This document shows, one piece after another, positions 8,529-19,987 of a stretch of DNA of 64,000 nucleotides. The stretch comes from an uncultured Chloroflexia bacterium (lineage in GTDB: Bacteria; Chloroflexota; Anaerolineae; Anaerolineales; Villigracilaceae), in assembly GCA_963772245.1 (NCBI GenBank), contig CAVYWB010000001.1, positions 664,977-728,976 of the forward strand. The letters run 5' to 3'. The translations under genes were made by a program, and so were the position numbers. The notes below the pieces were generated by a model. It was given only the letters and a program-made list of their open reading frames with translations, made no database searches and was not told where the DNA came from. The first letter of the stretch is position 1; each line of letters opens with the position of its first letter.

Positions 8529-10595
8529 CTAAGTGGGGGGCAGCATGCGCAGGACCAGCGCGTCCTGGGCCGGGGCGGCGATTTCCATGATATCGCCCTT
8601 TCTTTCTAATGCCTCCTCCCCAATAGACGTCAGGCGTGCCAAGCGGACGCCGGATGCAACGTGCAGCTTTGCAACCGCCGTCTCACCGCCGTTAAGCAAT
8701 ATCCATAACGCGCCATCCGGCAAGTCCAGTCGGCGGATGCGCAGACTAGGATCGGGATTAAGCAATAGGAGTGGTTCCGGAGGCCGGGGCAGCAGGTTAA
8801 GCAAACTGGAAAAGGCTTCAGGAGACGGGTGGCGGAAATAGTGTTGGAAGAAAACCGTACCCAGGCGGAGGGCCTGTCCCTGCCCGGTGCGGGCAGAAGT
8901 AAGCGCAGGGCGAGGATCGACCTCGTCGAATGATGCCAGGCTGCGCGCCGTCCTTACCGGTTCCAGCGCAATCTTAAGAAACCAGACCGGCAGGTTCAGC
9001 TCACCCAAGGTTATGGTTGTTTCTTGCTCCGGCAGTGCCTGGATATCTGCCAGCGAGGCTTGGCAAAGCGCATTGAGCGGGTTATGGACCACGTCACGAA
9101 CCCGACCGGTCGGATCCTTATACCCGCACAAACCATCCGCCAGGAGGCAGCCGCCTTTCTGAACATATGCCTGCAAGGCCGGCAAGGAAGCATCTTCGAG
9201 GGCGGTGCAGCCGGGCAGAACCAGGAGCGGGTAATCATTCGCCAGACCATGCTGCAGATCGATTTCATCCAGGATATCCACACTAAGACCTGCGTCGGCG
9301 AAAGCGATCCAGGCGCCGGCCAACGCATCGGCGCCCATCTGTTGATTGCGCGGGAGCTCGGGATCCAGACCCTGGCCTTCGAGTGCGCCGAGCTTCCAGG
9401 TGGCCTCGCTGAACAACAGGGCGACCTGCGCACGCGCCGGTAGGCTGGCTGAAAAGGTGGATTGATGCCTGGCGAGCAGGTCAGCGATCGCGGATACTTC
9501 CGCCAGGCGGCGGGATGGCCGGCCCTGCTGGTCGACCAGCCCCCACACTCCGGCCTCAAAATCCTGTACGCGAGTATTAAAGCACCAAAAAATAACCGCC
9601 CTGGCGCCGGCCCCGAGCGATTCCCACACCCACGAGCGCAGGTCTGCGCCGGAGGGGCCAAGATGGTTGAAACCAGAAAAAATATTGGTACCACCCTGCA
9701 ATTCGGTCACCCAAAAATAGCGCCGGGGCGCCCGGGTGGCGCCGCGCATCAAGTCCGCAAAAAAAGCGACAGATTGGTGCAGACGATCATTCAGGAAGCG
9801 GGTTGAATGCCAGGACGGGTGGGCTGAGCAACCCATGAAATCGACCAGCCGGCCTTCAGCCCAAATCGATTGGCCGCGCGGGTACATATTATGGAGCAAG
9901 GCGTGCGGGTTGACATGCACGGGATGCGTGTCGCCACTGGCCCGGATGACCGTCTTGATGTCTGACAGGATCTCCTGCAGGCGAAGGTTGACGAAATCCA
10001 TCCAGAGCAACTGTTCCGTGTAGCCGGTGAAGCCGCCCTCCGATCCGGTTCCGGCGAAGGCAAACTGATCGAAAGAGTCCAACTGCTGGAAGGAGCCCCG
10101 GTTGAAGGCGGCAATATCGCCGCCATAGAACTGCTCCAGGAATTTCCGGAACCGATCCAGGTTGGTTTCATCCTGTGCAAGGAACAACTGCGGTTCATTA
10201 CTCAATAGCCAGGAATGCAGAGCAGGATGGCTGGTATAGCGTTTGCAGACCCGCCGAATGTAATCTTTGGCCTGGTTCCAGTAGAGCGGATCATCCAGCG
10301 GTCCAATATCCTGCGGGCCGGAGGAAATCCGCATCCAGCCGGGCGGGTTGAGGGCGGTCAAGGTGACAATGACACCCAGACCGCCGGCAGCGGCTGCTTC
10401 AAACACCGCGTCATATTGGGACCAGTCCCAGCAGCCCTGACGAGGCTCCACATGCGTCCACTGCAGGAAGATGCGAACCAGTTTGAGGCCGGCTTGTGCC
10501 ATCGTTCGGATGCCAGAGCGCACCTGTTCAGGAGTATCTTCATTGTTGACGTAATAGGCACTGCCCAGCAAGACTGCTGGATCTAAATCTGTCAT
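8529..10595 (-). CDS. GH42-type beta-galactosidase
   Basis: 688 aa. The N-terminal TIM barrel reads GLKLVRIFLQWTHVEPRQGCWDWSQYDAVF and ..WLLSNEP.., followed by trimerisation and C-terminal domains of typical GH42 length. Confidence 0.85.
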   Translation of the reverse strand: MTDLDPAVLLGSAYYVNNEDTPEQVRSGIRTMAQAGLKLVRIFLQWTHVEPRQGCWDWSQYDAVFEAAAAGGLGVIVTLTALNPPGWMRISSGPQDIGPLDDPLYWNQAKDYIRRVCKRYTSHPALHSWLLSNEPQLFLAQDETNLDRFRKFLEQFYGGDIAAFNRGSFQQLDSFDQFAFAGTGSEGGFTGYTEQLLWMDFVNLRLQEILSDIKTVIRASGDTHPVHVNPHALLHNMYPRGQSIWAEGRLVDFMGCSAHPSWHSTRFLNDRLHQSVAFFADLMRGATRAPRRYFWVTELQGGTNIFSGFNHLGPSGADLRSWVWESLGAGARAVIFWCFNTRVQDFEAGVWGLVDQQGRPSRRLAEVSAIADLLARHQSTFSASLPARAQVALLFSEATWKLGALEGQGLDPELPRNQQMGADALAGAWIAFADAGLSVDILDEIDLQHGLANDYPLLVLPGCTALEDASLPALQAYVQKGGCLLADGLCGYKDPTGRVRDVVHNPLNALCQASLADIQALPEQETTITLGELNLPVWFLKIALEPVRTARSLASFDEVDPRPALTSARTGQGQALRLGTVFFQHYFRHPSPEAFSSLLNLLPRPPEPLLLLNPDPSLRIRRLDLPDGALWILLNGGETAVAKLHVASGVRLARLTSIGEEALERKGDIMEIAAPAQDALVLRMLPPT

Positions 10596-10806
10596 TCCAT
10601 ACCTCTCTGGATGCCTGTTTTTCGGTTCCAGACCATTCTATCAAATTTCTTCCTTTCGTTAGCAACATCTTGAATGTGTGCAACGGGATTTGGGGGAAGC
10701 TATGGGGATATCAGGCTGGCTAAGCCCCATTGGCACTTACATTATCCTTCCCTTCTCTGGTAATTTCCAAATAGCCTCATTATTTACATGAGCGGAATCG
10801 CGCGGT

Positions 10807-10832
10807 ATAATCATTATGGATAATAATTCTCC
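10807..10832. promoter_or_regulatory. overlapping Fur/PerR-type boxes upstream of the Fur-family gene
   Basis: tataatcattatg (6-1-6 near-palindrome) overlaps gataataattctc, a one-mismatch copy of the perfect palindrome at 11330. Located 20-45 nt upstream of the ATG at 10853. Confidence 0.5.
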
Positions 10833-10852
10833 ATAAGAAATTAGTATCATTA

Positions 10853-11305
10853 ATGGATACGCACAAGATCGACACTCCCTCCCGTTACGAACAATTGCTC
10901 GCAAGTCTTCGCCAAAGCGATTATCGCATGACGCCTCAGCGCATGGCGCTGGTCCGGCTGATCGCTTCAAGCGAAGGGCATCCCAGCGCGGCCCAGATCT
11001 ACACCCGAATCAAGCGCCAGTTTCCCAGCATGAGCCTGGCGACCGTGTACAAGACCCTCGACCTGTTGAAGGAGTTGGGTCAGGTGTTGGAGATCGATCT
11101 GCGCGGTGACAGCCACTATGACGGCAACCGCCCACAACCCCATCCGCACCTGATCTGCATCAATTGCAACAAGATCATCGATGGGGAGGCGGATTTCGAT
11201 CCCTCGGCAATTCAGAAACTCGAGCAGTCATCGGGTTACGAGATCCTGCGCTCCCAGGTTTCGTTTTACGGGCTTTGCCCGGATTGTAAAAAGAAGAGCG
11301 CTTAA
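10853..11305 (+). CDS. Fur-family metalloregulator, PerR-like by context
   Basis: Winged-helix N-terminal domain (RMTPQRMALVRLI), HxH..., structural Zn pairs CINCNK and CPDCKKK. It sits immediately upstream of katG-bfr. Confidence 0.85.
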   Translation: MDTHKIDTPSRYEQLLASLRQSDYRMTPQRMALVRLIASSEGHPSAAQIYTRIKRQFPSMSLATVYKTLDLLKELGQVLEIDLRGDSHYDGNRPQPHPHLICINCNKIIDGEADFDPSAIQKLEQSSGYEILRSQVSFYGLCPDCKKKSA

Positions 11306-11329
11306 CCTCTCTTTTTTTTACTACTAACG

Positions 11330-11342
11330 GATAATAATTATC
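11330..11342. promoter_or_regulatory. perfect 6-1-6 palindrome GATAATAATTATC (Fur/PerR-box-like) upstream of katG
   Basis: Read directly from the sequence. It resembles the 7-1-7 TGATAATnATTATCA core known for the Fur family and lies about 180 nt upstream of the katG ATG. Confidence 0.55.
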
Positions 11343-11482
11343 TCTTAAAAAAATATAAGGAGGTGGTTTGCAAGCGAATATCCAGCCAAAATTTTAATTA
11401 ACAGCGATCAGGTGAAAGACGGACCCAACCCATCACCTTTGTTTTTTCATTAATCCAAGATGGGCAGTGCAATTACCAGTAA

Positions 11483-13705
<2,223 letters not shown>

Positions 13706-13760
13706 GAATAATGAAATCCGGATGGTTCGATAAATTGAAGTGCATAAAGGAGATTAAAAC

Positions 13761-14231
13761 ATGAAAGGCAATGCAGAAGTAATCAAGATCCTGAACGAGC
13801 TTCTCGCCGACGAGTTAACTGCCGTCAGCCAGTACATGGTCCACTCGGAAATGTGCGACGACTGGGGCTATGCCCGGCTACACAAGACTGTGGAGGGGCG
13901 GGCCAAGGACGAGATGCGGCATGCCGAGATGTTGATTGGCCGCATCCTGTTCCTGGAAGGCAAGTCGACGGTCAGCAAGCTCAACCCGATGCACATCGGG
14001 AACTCGGTGGAAGACCAGCTGGCCCACGACCACGAAGCCGAAGCCGGCGCGGTGGCGAACTACAATGCCGCCATTGCACAGGCCGGGGAACTCGGCGACC
14101 ACGGCACACGTGACATGCTCACTTCCATACTAAAGGAAGAGGAAGCTCACATCGATTGGCTGGAGGCCCAGAAGGATCAAATCGCCCAGATGGGCATCCA
14201 GATCTATCTTTCACTGCAGGTAAAAGAATAG
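13761..14231 (+). CDS. bfr: bacterioferritin
   Basis: MKGNAEVIKILNELLADELTAVSQYMVHS.., ferroxidase ligands ExxH twice, Met at the haem-ligand position. 156 aa. Confidence 0.93.
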   Translation: MKGNAEVIKILNELLADELTAVSQYMVHSEMCDDWGYARLHKTVEGRAKDEMRHAEMLIGRILFLEGKSTVSKLNPMHIGNSVEDQLAHDHEAEAGAVANYNAAIAQAGELGDHGTRDMLTSILKEEEAHIDWLEAQKDQIAQMGIQIYLSLQVKE

Positions 14232-14305
14232 CTCTCCAGCAAACGCATGTGGATCCAAGAACCAAGGGCTCAAGGCCTATAAAGCATTATGTTCCATATT
14301 TAATA

Positions 14306-14340
14306 AACAACCTCTTCTGCAACAGGCAGAAGAGGTTGTT
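14306..14340. terminator. perfect 15-bp hairpin between the convergent bfr and binding-protein genes
   Basis: aacaacctcttctgc-aacag-gcagaagaggttgtt. No clean T-tract, so it is a possible bidirectional terminator or RNA stabiliser. Confidence 0.5.
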
Positions 14341-14457
14341 GGCATTTCACTGCAATGGAAAATTCACTTTAAAGTCAAGGGCATTCCAGCCACCATAAAA
14401 ACCACCTGATCGGGAATTTTGGTAAATTATTGATCGAACTTTCCAACATTCCAATAA

Positions 14458-15459
14458 TTATTTAAATAGCTCGGGATGGATCAACTTGGTCAGCGCTTCC
14501 AACCCATCCACCAGTCGCGGACCGGGACGGCTGACCAGGTTGTCGTCAAAGGGGAAGACCTGGTGGTTCTTTATTGCCTGCAGGCTGCCCCAGCCGGAAC
14601 GCACAATCACCTTTTCGGGCGTTTCACCGTAAGCGGAATCGCCCAGGAGGATGATCTGGGGGTTGTCGACCAGCAACTGCTCCAGGTTGACCTGCGGCCA
14701 CTGATTATTTAGCTTGGAAAAAATATTGACCCCACCCGCCCGTTGAATTAACAGGTCCACGAATGTTCCACCACCGCTGGTATAGGGTTTGGATGGGTCA
14801 GTTCCGTCCAGCTCATAATATACTGTGGGACGGGAGGATGCGGTAGCGACCTTTGCGTCCACTGCGGCGACGCGTGCTTGAAGCGAAGCCACCAAAGTTG
14901 CTGCATCCGTAGTGTGACCGGTCAAGGAACCGACAGTCTCGAGGTTGGCATACATCTCCTCCAGCGTGACCGGATTCTTGAGGTAAAACACCTGCAAACC
15001 AAGCTTTTCAAGGGAGGCAACCAGATCGGTTGAGTTGATCCCGGCTGCGAGAACAAGGTCCGGGTGCAGGGCAAGAATGGCCTCGGTGTTGTAATTACCC
15101 ATCGAGCCGCCGATATCCGCCACGGTTTTGACCTGGGGGGGGTAATCCGATAATGTGTCACGACCAACCACTTGTGACCCGGCACCGACGGCAAACAGGA
15201 TTTCAGTATTCGAAGGAGCGAGCGAGACAACCCGCAGGGCCGGGCCCGCCATTTTGACACTTCTGCCCAGGCCATCGGTCAGATTGATGGCCGCGGTTTT
15301 CTGGATAGGTAGAATGGTCGTCAGTGTTGGGGGAAGAGGAGTCGAAGTTTCGACGAGGGCGGTTGCGGCCGGAGCAGGGGCAGGAGTTGCGGTTGCAACT
15401 GATCCGCAGGCAGCCAGCAGAATCATGATCAAGAACGAGTACGTTAATTTTCGGAACAT
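14458..15459 (-). CDS. periplasmic-binding-protein family lipoprotein, BtuF/cobalamin- or siderophore-type (ABC substrate-binding component)
   Basis: I trimmed the start to MFRKLTYSFLIMILLAACGS (lipobox), preceded by AGGAGA. Class III PBP fold signature: VVSLAPSNTEILFAVGA .. DLVLA .. The cobalamin riboswitch sits directly upstream. Confidence 0.8.
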   Translation of the reverse strand: MFRKLTYSFLIMILLAACGSVATATPAPAPAATALVETSTPLPPTLTTILPIQKTAAINLTDGLGRSVKMAGPALRVVSLAPSNTEILFAVGAGSQVVGRDTLSDYPPQVKTVADIGGSMGNYNTEAILALHPDLVLAAGINSTDLVASLEKLGLQVFYLKNPVTLEEMYANLETVGSLTGHTTDAATLVASLQARVAAVDAKVATASSRPTVYYELDGTDPSKPYTSGGGTFVDLLIQRAGGVNIFSKLNNQWPQVNLEQLLVDNPQIILLGDSAYGETPEKVIVRSGWGSLQAIKNHQVFPFDDNLVSRPGPRLVDGLEALTKLIHPELFK

Positions 15460-15482
15460 ACGAATTCTCCTTGATGGAAATT

Positions 15483-15692
15483 TCAAATCAAAATCCCCTG
15501 CTTGTTGGGCAGGGGAGGGGGAGAGGCGATCCAATGAAGCCGTTCCCACCTCCTTATCACGAGAGCGTGGAGAACTGGCCAGGGCGGGCGGCCTGACTTG
15601 CTCCAATGAGCTTACAGTTGCGGAACAGTGCCGGACTTGCACCGGCTTCGCCATTGAGCCTTCCCATCCGGGGGAAAAGGCACCCTGACCAG
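15483..15692 (-). ncRNA. cobalamin (B12) riboswitch: aptamer about 15575..15692 plus terminator-type expression platform
   Basis: Minus-strand RNA contains GGGAAGGCUCAAUGGCGAAGCCGGUGCAAGUCCGGCACUGUUCCGCAACUGUAAG (conserved core). A B12-box-like AGUCAGGCCGCCCGCC is present. P1 pairs CUGGUCAGGG with CCCUGGCCAG. Downstream hairpin CCCCUGCccaacaaGCAGGGG is followed by AUUUUGAUUU just before the SD of the binding-protein gene. Confidence 0.8.
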
Positions 15693-16136
15693 ATATTCAA
15701 TTTGGGGTTTATTGTAAACACGGATTTGTGAAACGTCAATGACAAACAGATAGACTTTTTCCGGAAGGCGTATTTTGAAACGATAAAAAACAAACCGCAA
15801 AATGAAAAAAATAAAAGCAAAAAAAGCATCCCGGTACTTTGGGAAGGAATAATAAATATTGACAAGCACTGAAGGGGTTCTGCGGCATATGCACGGCAAT
15901 GGAGAGTCGGCGACGCCTGACCACGAAGATCAACGAGGTGAACAACGGCTAGGAATTGGCAGAACTGATCCTGGGTGGCGTGCCGTCCGGATGCAAACTT
16001 GTCTCGGATCCGACCTGGCTGACTTTGACCGGAGTGAATAAGAATGATGGTTGTCATTTTCGTTGACCGACCTTGAAAATAATAATATACTTCGAGATGG
16101 TTAGTACGAATCTTAGGCGGCAATGGGAGAATCGCC

Positions 16137-16952
16137 ATGATCGATGATATCAGTGATATTGAGGCATATTACAATAATGACCCTGAAAGGGAACACAGTC
16201 GTTTGGAAAAACACCAACTTGAGTATGAGCTGACCTGGCGATATTTACACGAGTATCTGCCAGGCCGGGGGTCCATCCTGGAAATCGGTGCCGCGACCGG
16301 CAGATATACACTGGAATTGGCCAGGCAGGGATATTCCATTACTGCAGTTGACCTGTCACCGGTGGAAATTGAAGGATGCAGGAAAAGGCTTACCGAGGCA
16401 GGACTGGAGCAGCAGGTGCAACTGGTGGTTGCGGATGCACGTGACCTTGGCGCCGCGATAGAGCAGGAGTTTGATTCGGTTCTGCTGATGGGGCCGCTCT
16501 ATCACCTGGTCGTCGAGGCTGACCGGAAAGCTGCATTGCAGAGGGCATATGACCGGTTACGGGAGGGTGGCCTCCTATTTTCGGCTTTCATCAGCCGTTT
16601 TGGCATTATGGGTGATCTGATAAAAGATGTTCCGGGCTGGATCGAGGATCAAGCTGAAGTACGCTCGGTGTTGAAGCGAGGCAGAGATCCGGATGATTTT
16701 CCCCATGGAGGGTTTCGCGGGTATTTTGCACTACCCATCGAGATTGCCCTGTTGCATGAAGGGTTGGGATTTGAAACCCTAGTGCTTGCGGGAGTTGAAC
16801 CTGCCATCGCAGCCGACGATGAGAGTTACAACAAATTACAGGGACAGGAACGCCGACTTTGGTTGGATTTGTTTTATGAGCTGAGCACGGAGGCATCGAT
16901 CATTGGAGCTTCAAGGCATCTGCTTTATATTGGGAAGAAGCGGATGATTTGA
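16137..16952 (+). CDS. class I SAM-dependent methyltransferase
   Basis: Motif I ILEIGAATGRYTLELA, acidic loop VDLS, motif II VLLMGPLYHL. Confidence 0.85.
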   Translation: MIDDISDIEAYYNNDPEREHSRLEKHQLEYELTWRYLHEYLPGRGSILEIGAATGRYTLELARQGYSITAVDLSPVEIEGCRKRLTEAGLEQQVQLVVADARDLGAAIEQEFDSVLLMGPLYHLVVEADRKAALQRAYDRLREGGLLFSAFISRFGIMGDLIKDVPGWIEDQAEVRSVLKRGRDPDDFPHGGFRGYFALPIEIALLHEGLGFETLVLAGVEPAIAADDESYNKLQGQERRLWLDLFYELSTEASIIGASRHLLYIGKKRMI

Positions 16953-17085
16953 TTAACCTTCAATTCCACATTATTTTGGTGATGCCAGTTTGTTGATAAG
17001 ATCATAAACCTGTGTAAGAGAATGCCAATTTCGGGTAGAATGATGCAAGGTAATCAAGCAATATCATTTCAATAAGGAGAGAGTA

Positions 17086-17274
17086 ATGTCGAACAAAACG
17101 TACGGGATCCTTTTAATTGTTGTAGGCGTGTTGATCGTGGCAGTGGTCTTTCTGGCAGTTCCGCTCCATTTAGGCGGTGCAGGGTTCGGATTAAAGAAAA
17201 TTGCCGGAGTTGTGGTCGGGGTGATTGCCCTGGCCGCCGGCTTAATCCTGACACTTGGCAAAAAAACCAAATAA
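17086..17274 (+). CDS. small two-helix membrane protein
   Basis: 62 aa with SD AAGGAGAGAG upstream. Two hydrophobic helices. Followed by a strong terminator. Confidence 0.6.
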   Translation: MSNKTYGILLIVVGVLIVAVVFLAVPLHLGGAGFGLKKIAGVVVGVIALAAGLILTLGKKTK

Positions 17275-17288
17275 GCAGCTGCATAAGA

Positions 17289-17329
17289 CCGCCCGGGCTC
17301 CTGAATATCTGAGCCCGGGCGGTTTATTT
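17289..17329 (+). terminator. intrinsic terminator
   Basis: ccgcccgggctc-ctgaatatct-gagcccgggcgg followed by tttattt. Confidence 0.8.
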
Positions 17330-17398
17330 AATCCATTTCTTTTCAAATATTAGGGGCATCCAAAAAAGAGTTGAGCGACCTTTTTATATCAGCCCATC

Positions 17399-18265
17399 TC
17401 AAACTACGCGCGCTTGGGCGATCCGCTCGCCTGAGAATATGTCCAGGGTTCGTCCCAGAGGCCGAAGATATTTTTCCTGATAATCAGCGGCGCCAACATC
17501 CTCAACCAAGTTGAGATGGAAAGGCTGCAGGAAAGCAGAGAGGCTGGCGGGTTCCAGGCCGAAAATCCAGAGAGCAGTTTTTGCAACGGTATCGAGCATG
17601 TGGTCTGCATCCGGGATTCCAGAGCGGCGTTCGAGCAAACTTTTCAGGACATAGGTGAAAACGAGCAGGCTTCCGGGTGCAGATTTTCTGATGAAGGCCA
17701 AGGTTCGCTGAACGGCCTGTTCGGCGATATATTGGGTAACGCCCTCCCATATGAACACCGCCTGGCTGGCCGGGTCGAAAGCTGTCCCTGCAATTGCCGC
17801 CTCCGAGAGTTGGGTATCGAAATCAATCGGAACGAAGGTCACATTTTCCGGGATCTTTCCAAGGAACTTTTTGAGTTTCTTCTTCTTATTATTCTGAATC
17901 GCCGGCAGGTCAAATTCGAATACTCTAACGGCCTGCATGCCTGGCAAGCGATAAGGACGCGTATCCAGCCTCTCACCCAAGGTCACCACCTGCCGGATGC
18001 CCTGTGCAAGAGCGGCCTGGAGGGCATCATCGACGTAGCGGGTACGACAAATTTGTACACCGAAAATTCCGCGGGCGACGGCATCTGTCTGCTTCACCGT
18101 ATAATTTCGTAATGCAGAAAACTGCATCATTGCATGGATGGGTGCACCGACCAACGCTTTGGCTACCGGATCGTCGAAGAGGCGGGTTTGCTTGGGCTGG
18201 TACTGCTCAATCAACCGGCAGATGGCTGTGCCGAGGGCGGTTCTGGAAATTGTTGGATTTGCCAT
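17399..18265 (-). CDS. SAM-dependent O-methyltransferase of the leucine-carboxyl-methyltransferase-like (TIGR00027-type) family
   Basis: I trimmed the start to MANPTISRTALGTA.., preceded by AGGAGA. RTRYVDD, VVTLGERLDTRPYRL and AVFIWEGVTQYI are typical of this family. The 402-aa track ORF has a non-coding-looking extension. Confidence 0.8.
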   Translation of the reverse strand: MANPTISRTALGTAICRLIEQYQPKQTRLFDDPVAKALVGAPIHAMMQFSALRNYTVKQTDAVARGIFGVQICRTRYVDDALQAALAQGIRQVVTLGERLDTRPYRLPGMQAVRVFEFDLPAIQNNKKKKLKKFLGKIPENVTFVPIDFDTQLSEAAIAGTAFDPASQAVFIWEGVTQYIAEQAVQRTLAFIRKSAPGSLLVFTYVLKSLLERRSGIPDADHMLDTVAKTALWIFGLEPASLSAFLQPFHLNLVEDVGAADYQEKYLRPLGRTLDIFSGERIAQARVV

Positions 18266-18327
18266 GGTGAATCTCCTGAGTAGAACTGGGCTATTATTGA
18301 ATTTCCCAATTGCTGTCCGTACCTTAC

Positions 18328-18909
18328 TCACTTTCCTTTCGGGATCAATCCGCCAGTACTTTTTATATAATCGCGGTACGCTTCCCCGAATCGTTCCAGC
18401 ATCATTTTCTCTTCGGCGGAAGAGCGCAGGAAATAGAATGGGATGAAGAAAAACAGGCTGAGCGGACCGGCCAGCCAGTTTTGTATTAGTAGAATCTGCG
18501 CAATCGCCCAAAACAACTGACTGAGGTACATGGGATGGCGGATCAGCCGGTAGATGCCGGTCGTTACCAGGGAATGGTCGGCACGAATCTCGAGCGTGGA
18601 TGACCAATTGGTCTTGAGATCAAAATGGGAACGCCATAAGAGGATAAGGGAAAAGACCAGGGCGAGCAGGCCACATACGCCAAGCCAGAATGGCAAATGG
18701 TAATTGGCAAAATCCAGCCAGCGGGTAAGCGAATAGATCAGTGGAATGATCCCGGCAACCAACGTAAGCAAAACCAGCAGGATATTTTCGGTGCGGGAAA
18801 TGCGCTTCACGGTTTTAACGCCAGCCTTGGCGGCTTTCTGGTATGGGTAGCGGATGACCACCTGGGCGAGCATACCGGCCCAATAAGCGAGCTTAAAAAT
18901 TAAAACCAT
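18328..18909 (-). CDS. isoprenylcysteine carboxyl methyltransferase (ICMT)/phospholipid methyltransferase family membrane protein
   Basis: Five TM helices and the family motif LVTTGIYRLIRHPMYLSQLFW..EEKMMLERFGEAYRDY. Confidence 0.8.
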   Translation of the reverse strand: MVLIFKLAYWAGMLAQVVIRYPYQKAAKAGVKTVKRISRTENILLVLLTLVAGIIPLIYSLTRWLDFANYHLPFWLGVCGLLALVFSLILLWRSHFDLKTNWSSTLEIRADHSLVTTGIYRLIRHPMYLSQLFWAIAQILLIQNWLAGPLSLFFFIPFYFLRSSAEEKMMLERFGEAYRDYIKSTGGLIPKGK

Positions 18910-19012
18910 AAATCCTTCTCGAAACCTTTTCTTCTTCCGCTAATCTACGCCAATCTACACTAATATGTTTTTATTCGCACTGATTGGCGAAGAGGGGCTC
19001 CAAGCAGTGGCT

Positions 19013-19426
19013 TTAATGAACAAATACTTTTATTTTCAATAAAATGTAAAAAGCGAAGAAAATGGCGATGGCAGTGCCAACCAAAATGGCGAAGGATTGT
19101 TTGAAGGAATCGGCGGGATACAGACCGGTCACGATCATGGCGACACGCCCGAGCACATCCCCGCACAGAAGAATTATGGCAGTGAGGGCGGCCCCGCGCC
19201 GCATGGTCAGCAACAACAATCCGCCTATGAAATAAAATACTCCCAGCATCACGCCCAGAATGGTGGAAAGGCTGGCGGTGGTGGTGCTGAGGATGCCAAT
19301 AAAGTTGTGGGTGAAGCCGGTTGCCACTTCCGCAAGCCCAAACAGGATCATCAGATTGGCAACGACCACGATTCCGATGGGGCAGGTTTTAAGCGGGGCC
19401 GGCTTGTCCAAACCATTCTCAGCCAT
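19013..19426 (-). CDS. four-helix integral membrane protein, function unknown
   Basis: 137 aa, four clear hydrophobic segments. Co-directional with the upstream genes. Confidence 0.6.
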   Translation of the reverse strand: MAENGLDKPAPLKTCPIGIVVVANLMILFGLAEVATGFTHNFIGILSTTTASLSTILGVMLGVFYFIGGLLLLTMRRGAALTAIILLCGDVLGRVAMIVTGLYPADSFKQSFAILVGTAIAIFFAFYILLKIKVFVH

Positions 19427-19454
19427 TCTTACTCCTACCTTTGTTCCTGATTTT

Positions 19455-19910
19455 TCATTCCCTGCGCTTGCCCGTCACCAATTCAATCTCAATCCTCCAA
19501 AGCCGGATCTTGGCAAAGGTCTCGGCATCGAATTCCCATTCCTTGCCAGAATAATGCAGCATGACCTGTTCCATGGCTGCGCGCCTGCCTGCCTGATCCG
19601 CGATCTCATGAACCGTGCCAAACCCGATCACGCTGGAAAAGGCCTGGCCCCACTTGCAGGCCTGTTCATCCCGGATGACATGGATATCCTGCTCGATTTC
19701 GAAACAGACGCGCGAGTTGCCCTGCATATAATCGATTTTCATGCCCTCGTCAGCAGTGTGGAAATACACGAACTGCCCATCATATCCATATGATAGCGGG
19801 ACTACATACGGTCTATCGCCCTGGCATAACCCGAGGTGGCAGACCCCGGCAGAGCGAATGATCTGATCGATCAATTCTCGGCTCTGAATTTCCCTATCGG
19901 TACGACGCAT
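19455..19910 (-). CDS. pyridoxamine 5'-phosphate oxidase-family FMN-binding protein (NimA-like split barrel)
   Basis: MRRTDREI..ELIDQIIRSAGVCHLGL..GDRPYVVPLSYGYDG..VYFHTA. Size is typical of this family. Confidence 0.85.
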   Translation of the reverse strand: MRRTDREIQSRELIDQIIRSAGVCHLGLCQGDRPYVVPLSYGYDGQFVYFHTADEGMKIDYMQGNSRVCFEIEQDIHVIRDEQACKWGQAFSSVIGFGTVHEIADQAGRRAAMEQVMLHYSGKEWEFDAETFAKIRLWRIEIELVTGKRRE

Positions 19911-19987
19911 AGCATCTCCTTATCTGTAACATACATACCAAACATTCTCAATTTGATCAGCACAAGGCGAATTTATGTCTTCGCTCC

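Noticed and set aside
11368-11397. A strong AAGGAGGTG followed by a 9-codon TTG ORF in the katG leader.
   Set aside because: The SD-to-TTG spacing is only about 2 nt and the peptide has no features. It is more likely an accidental purine-rich tract.
15899-16066. ORF MESRRRLTTKINEVNNG-TAG-ELAELILGGVPSGCKLVSDPTWLTLTGVNKNDGCHFR with another in-frame TAG (15950-15952).
   Set aside because: There is no SD and no recognisable family. It is too short to distinguish a relic from chance. I noted it only because it adds to the in-frame TAG tally.
15557-16138. 193-aa minus-strand ORF in the AT-rich gap between the riboswitch and the methyltransferase gene.
   Set aside because: It reads straight through the cobalamin riboswitch aptamer and has no SD. 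Its composition does not look like protein-coding sequence.
17399-18607. Long N-terminal extensions of several track ORFs: 17399..18607, 14458..15654, 62644..63525, 5583..6857, 38689..39252, 1527..2786, 32546..33505, 33640..35148.
   Set aside because: In most of them an internal ATG/GTG preceded by a good Shine-Dalgarno coincides with the start of the recognisable domain or signal peptide, so I trimmed the coordinates. For 38689..39252 there is no clear SD and the trim rests only on where the sensible sequence begins.
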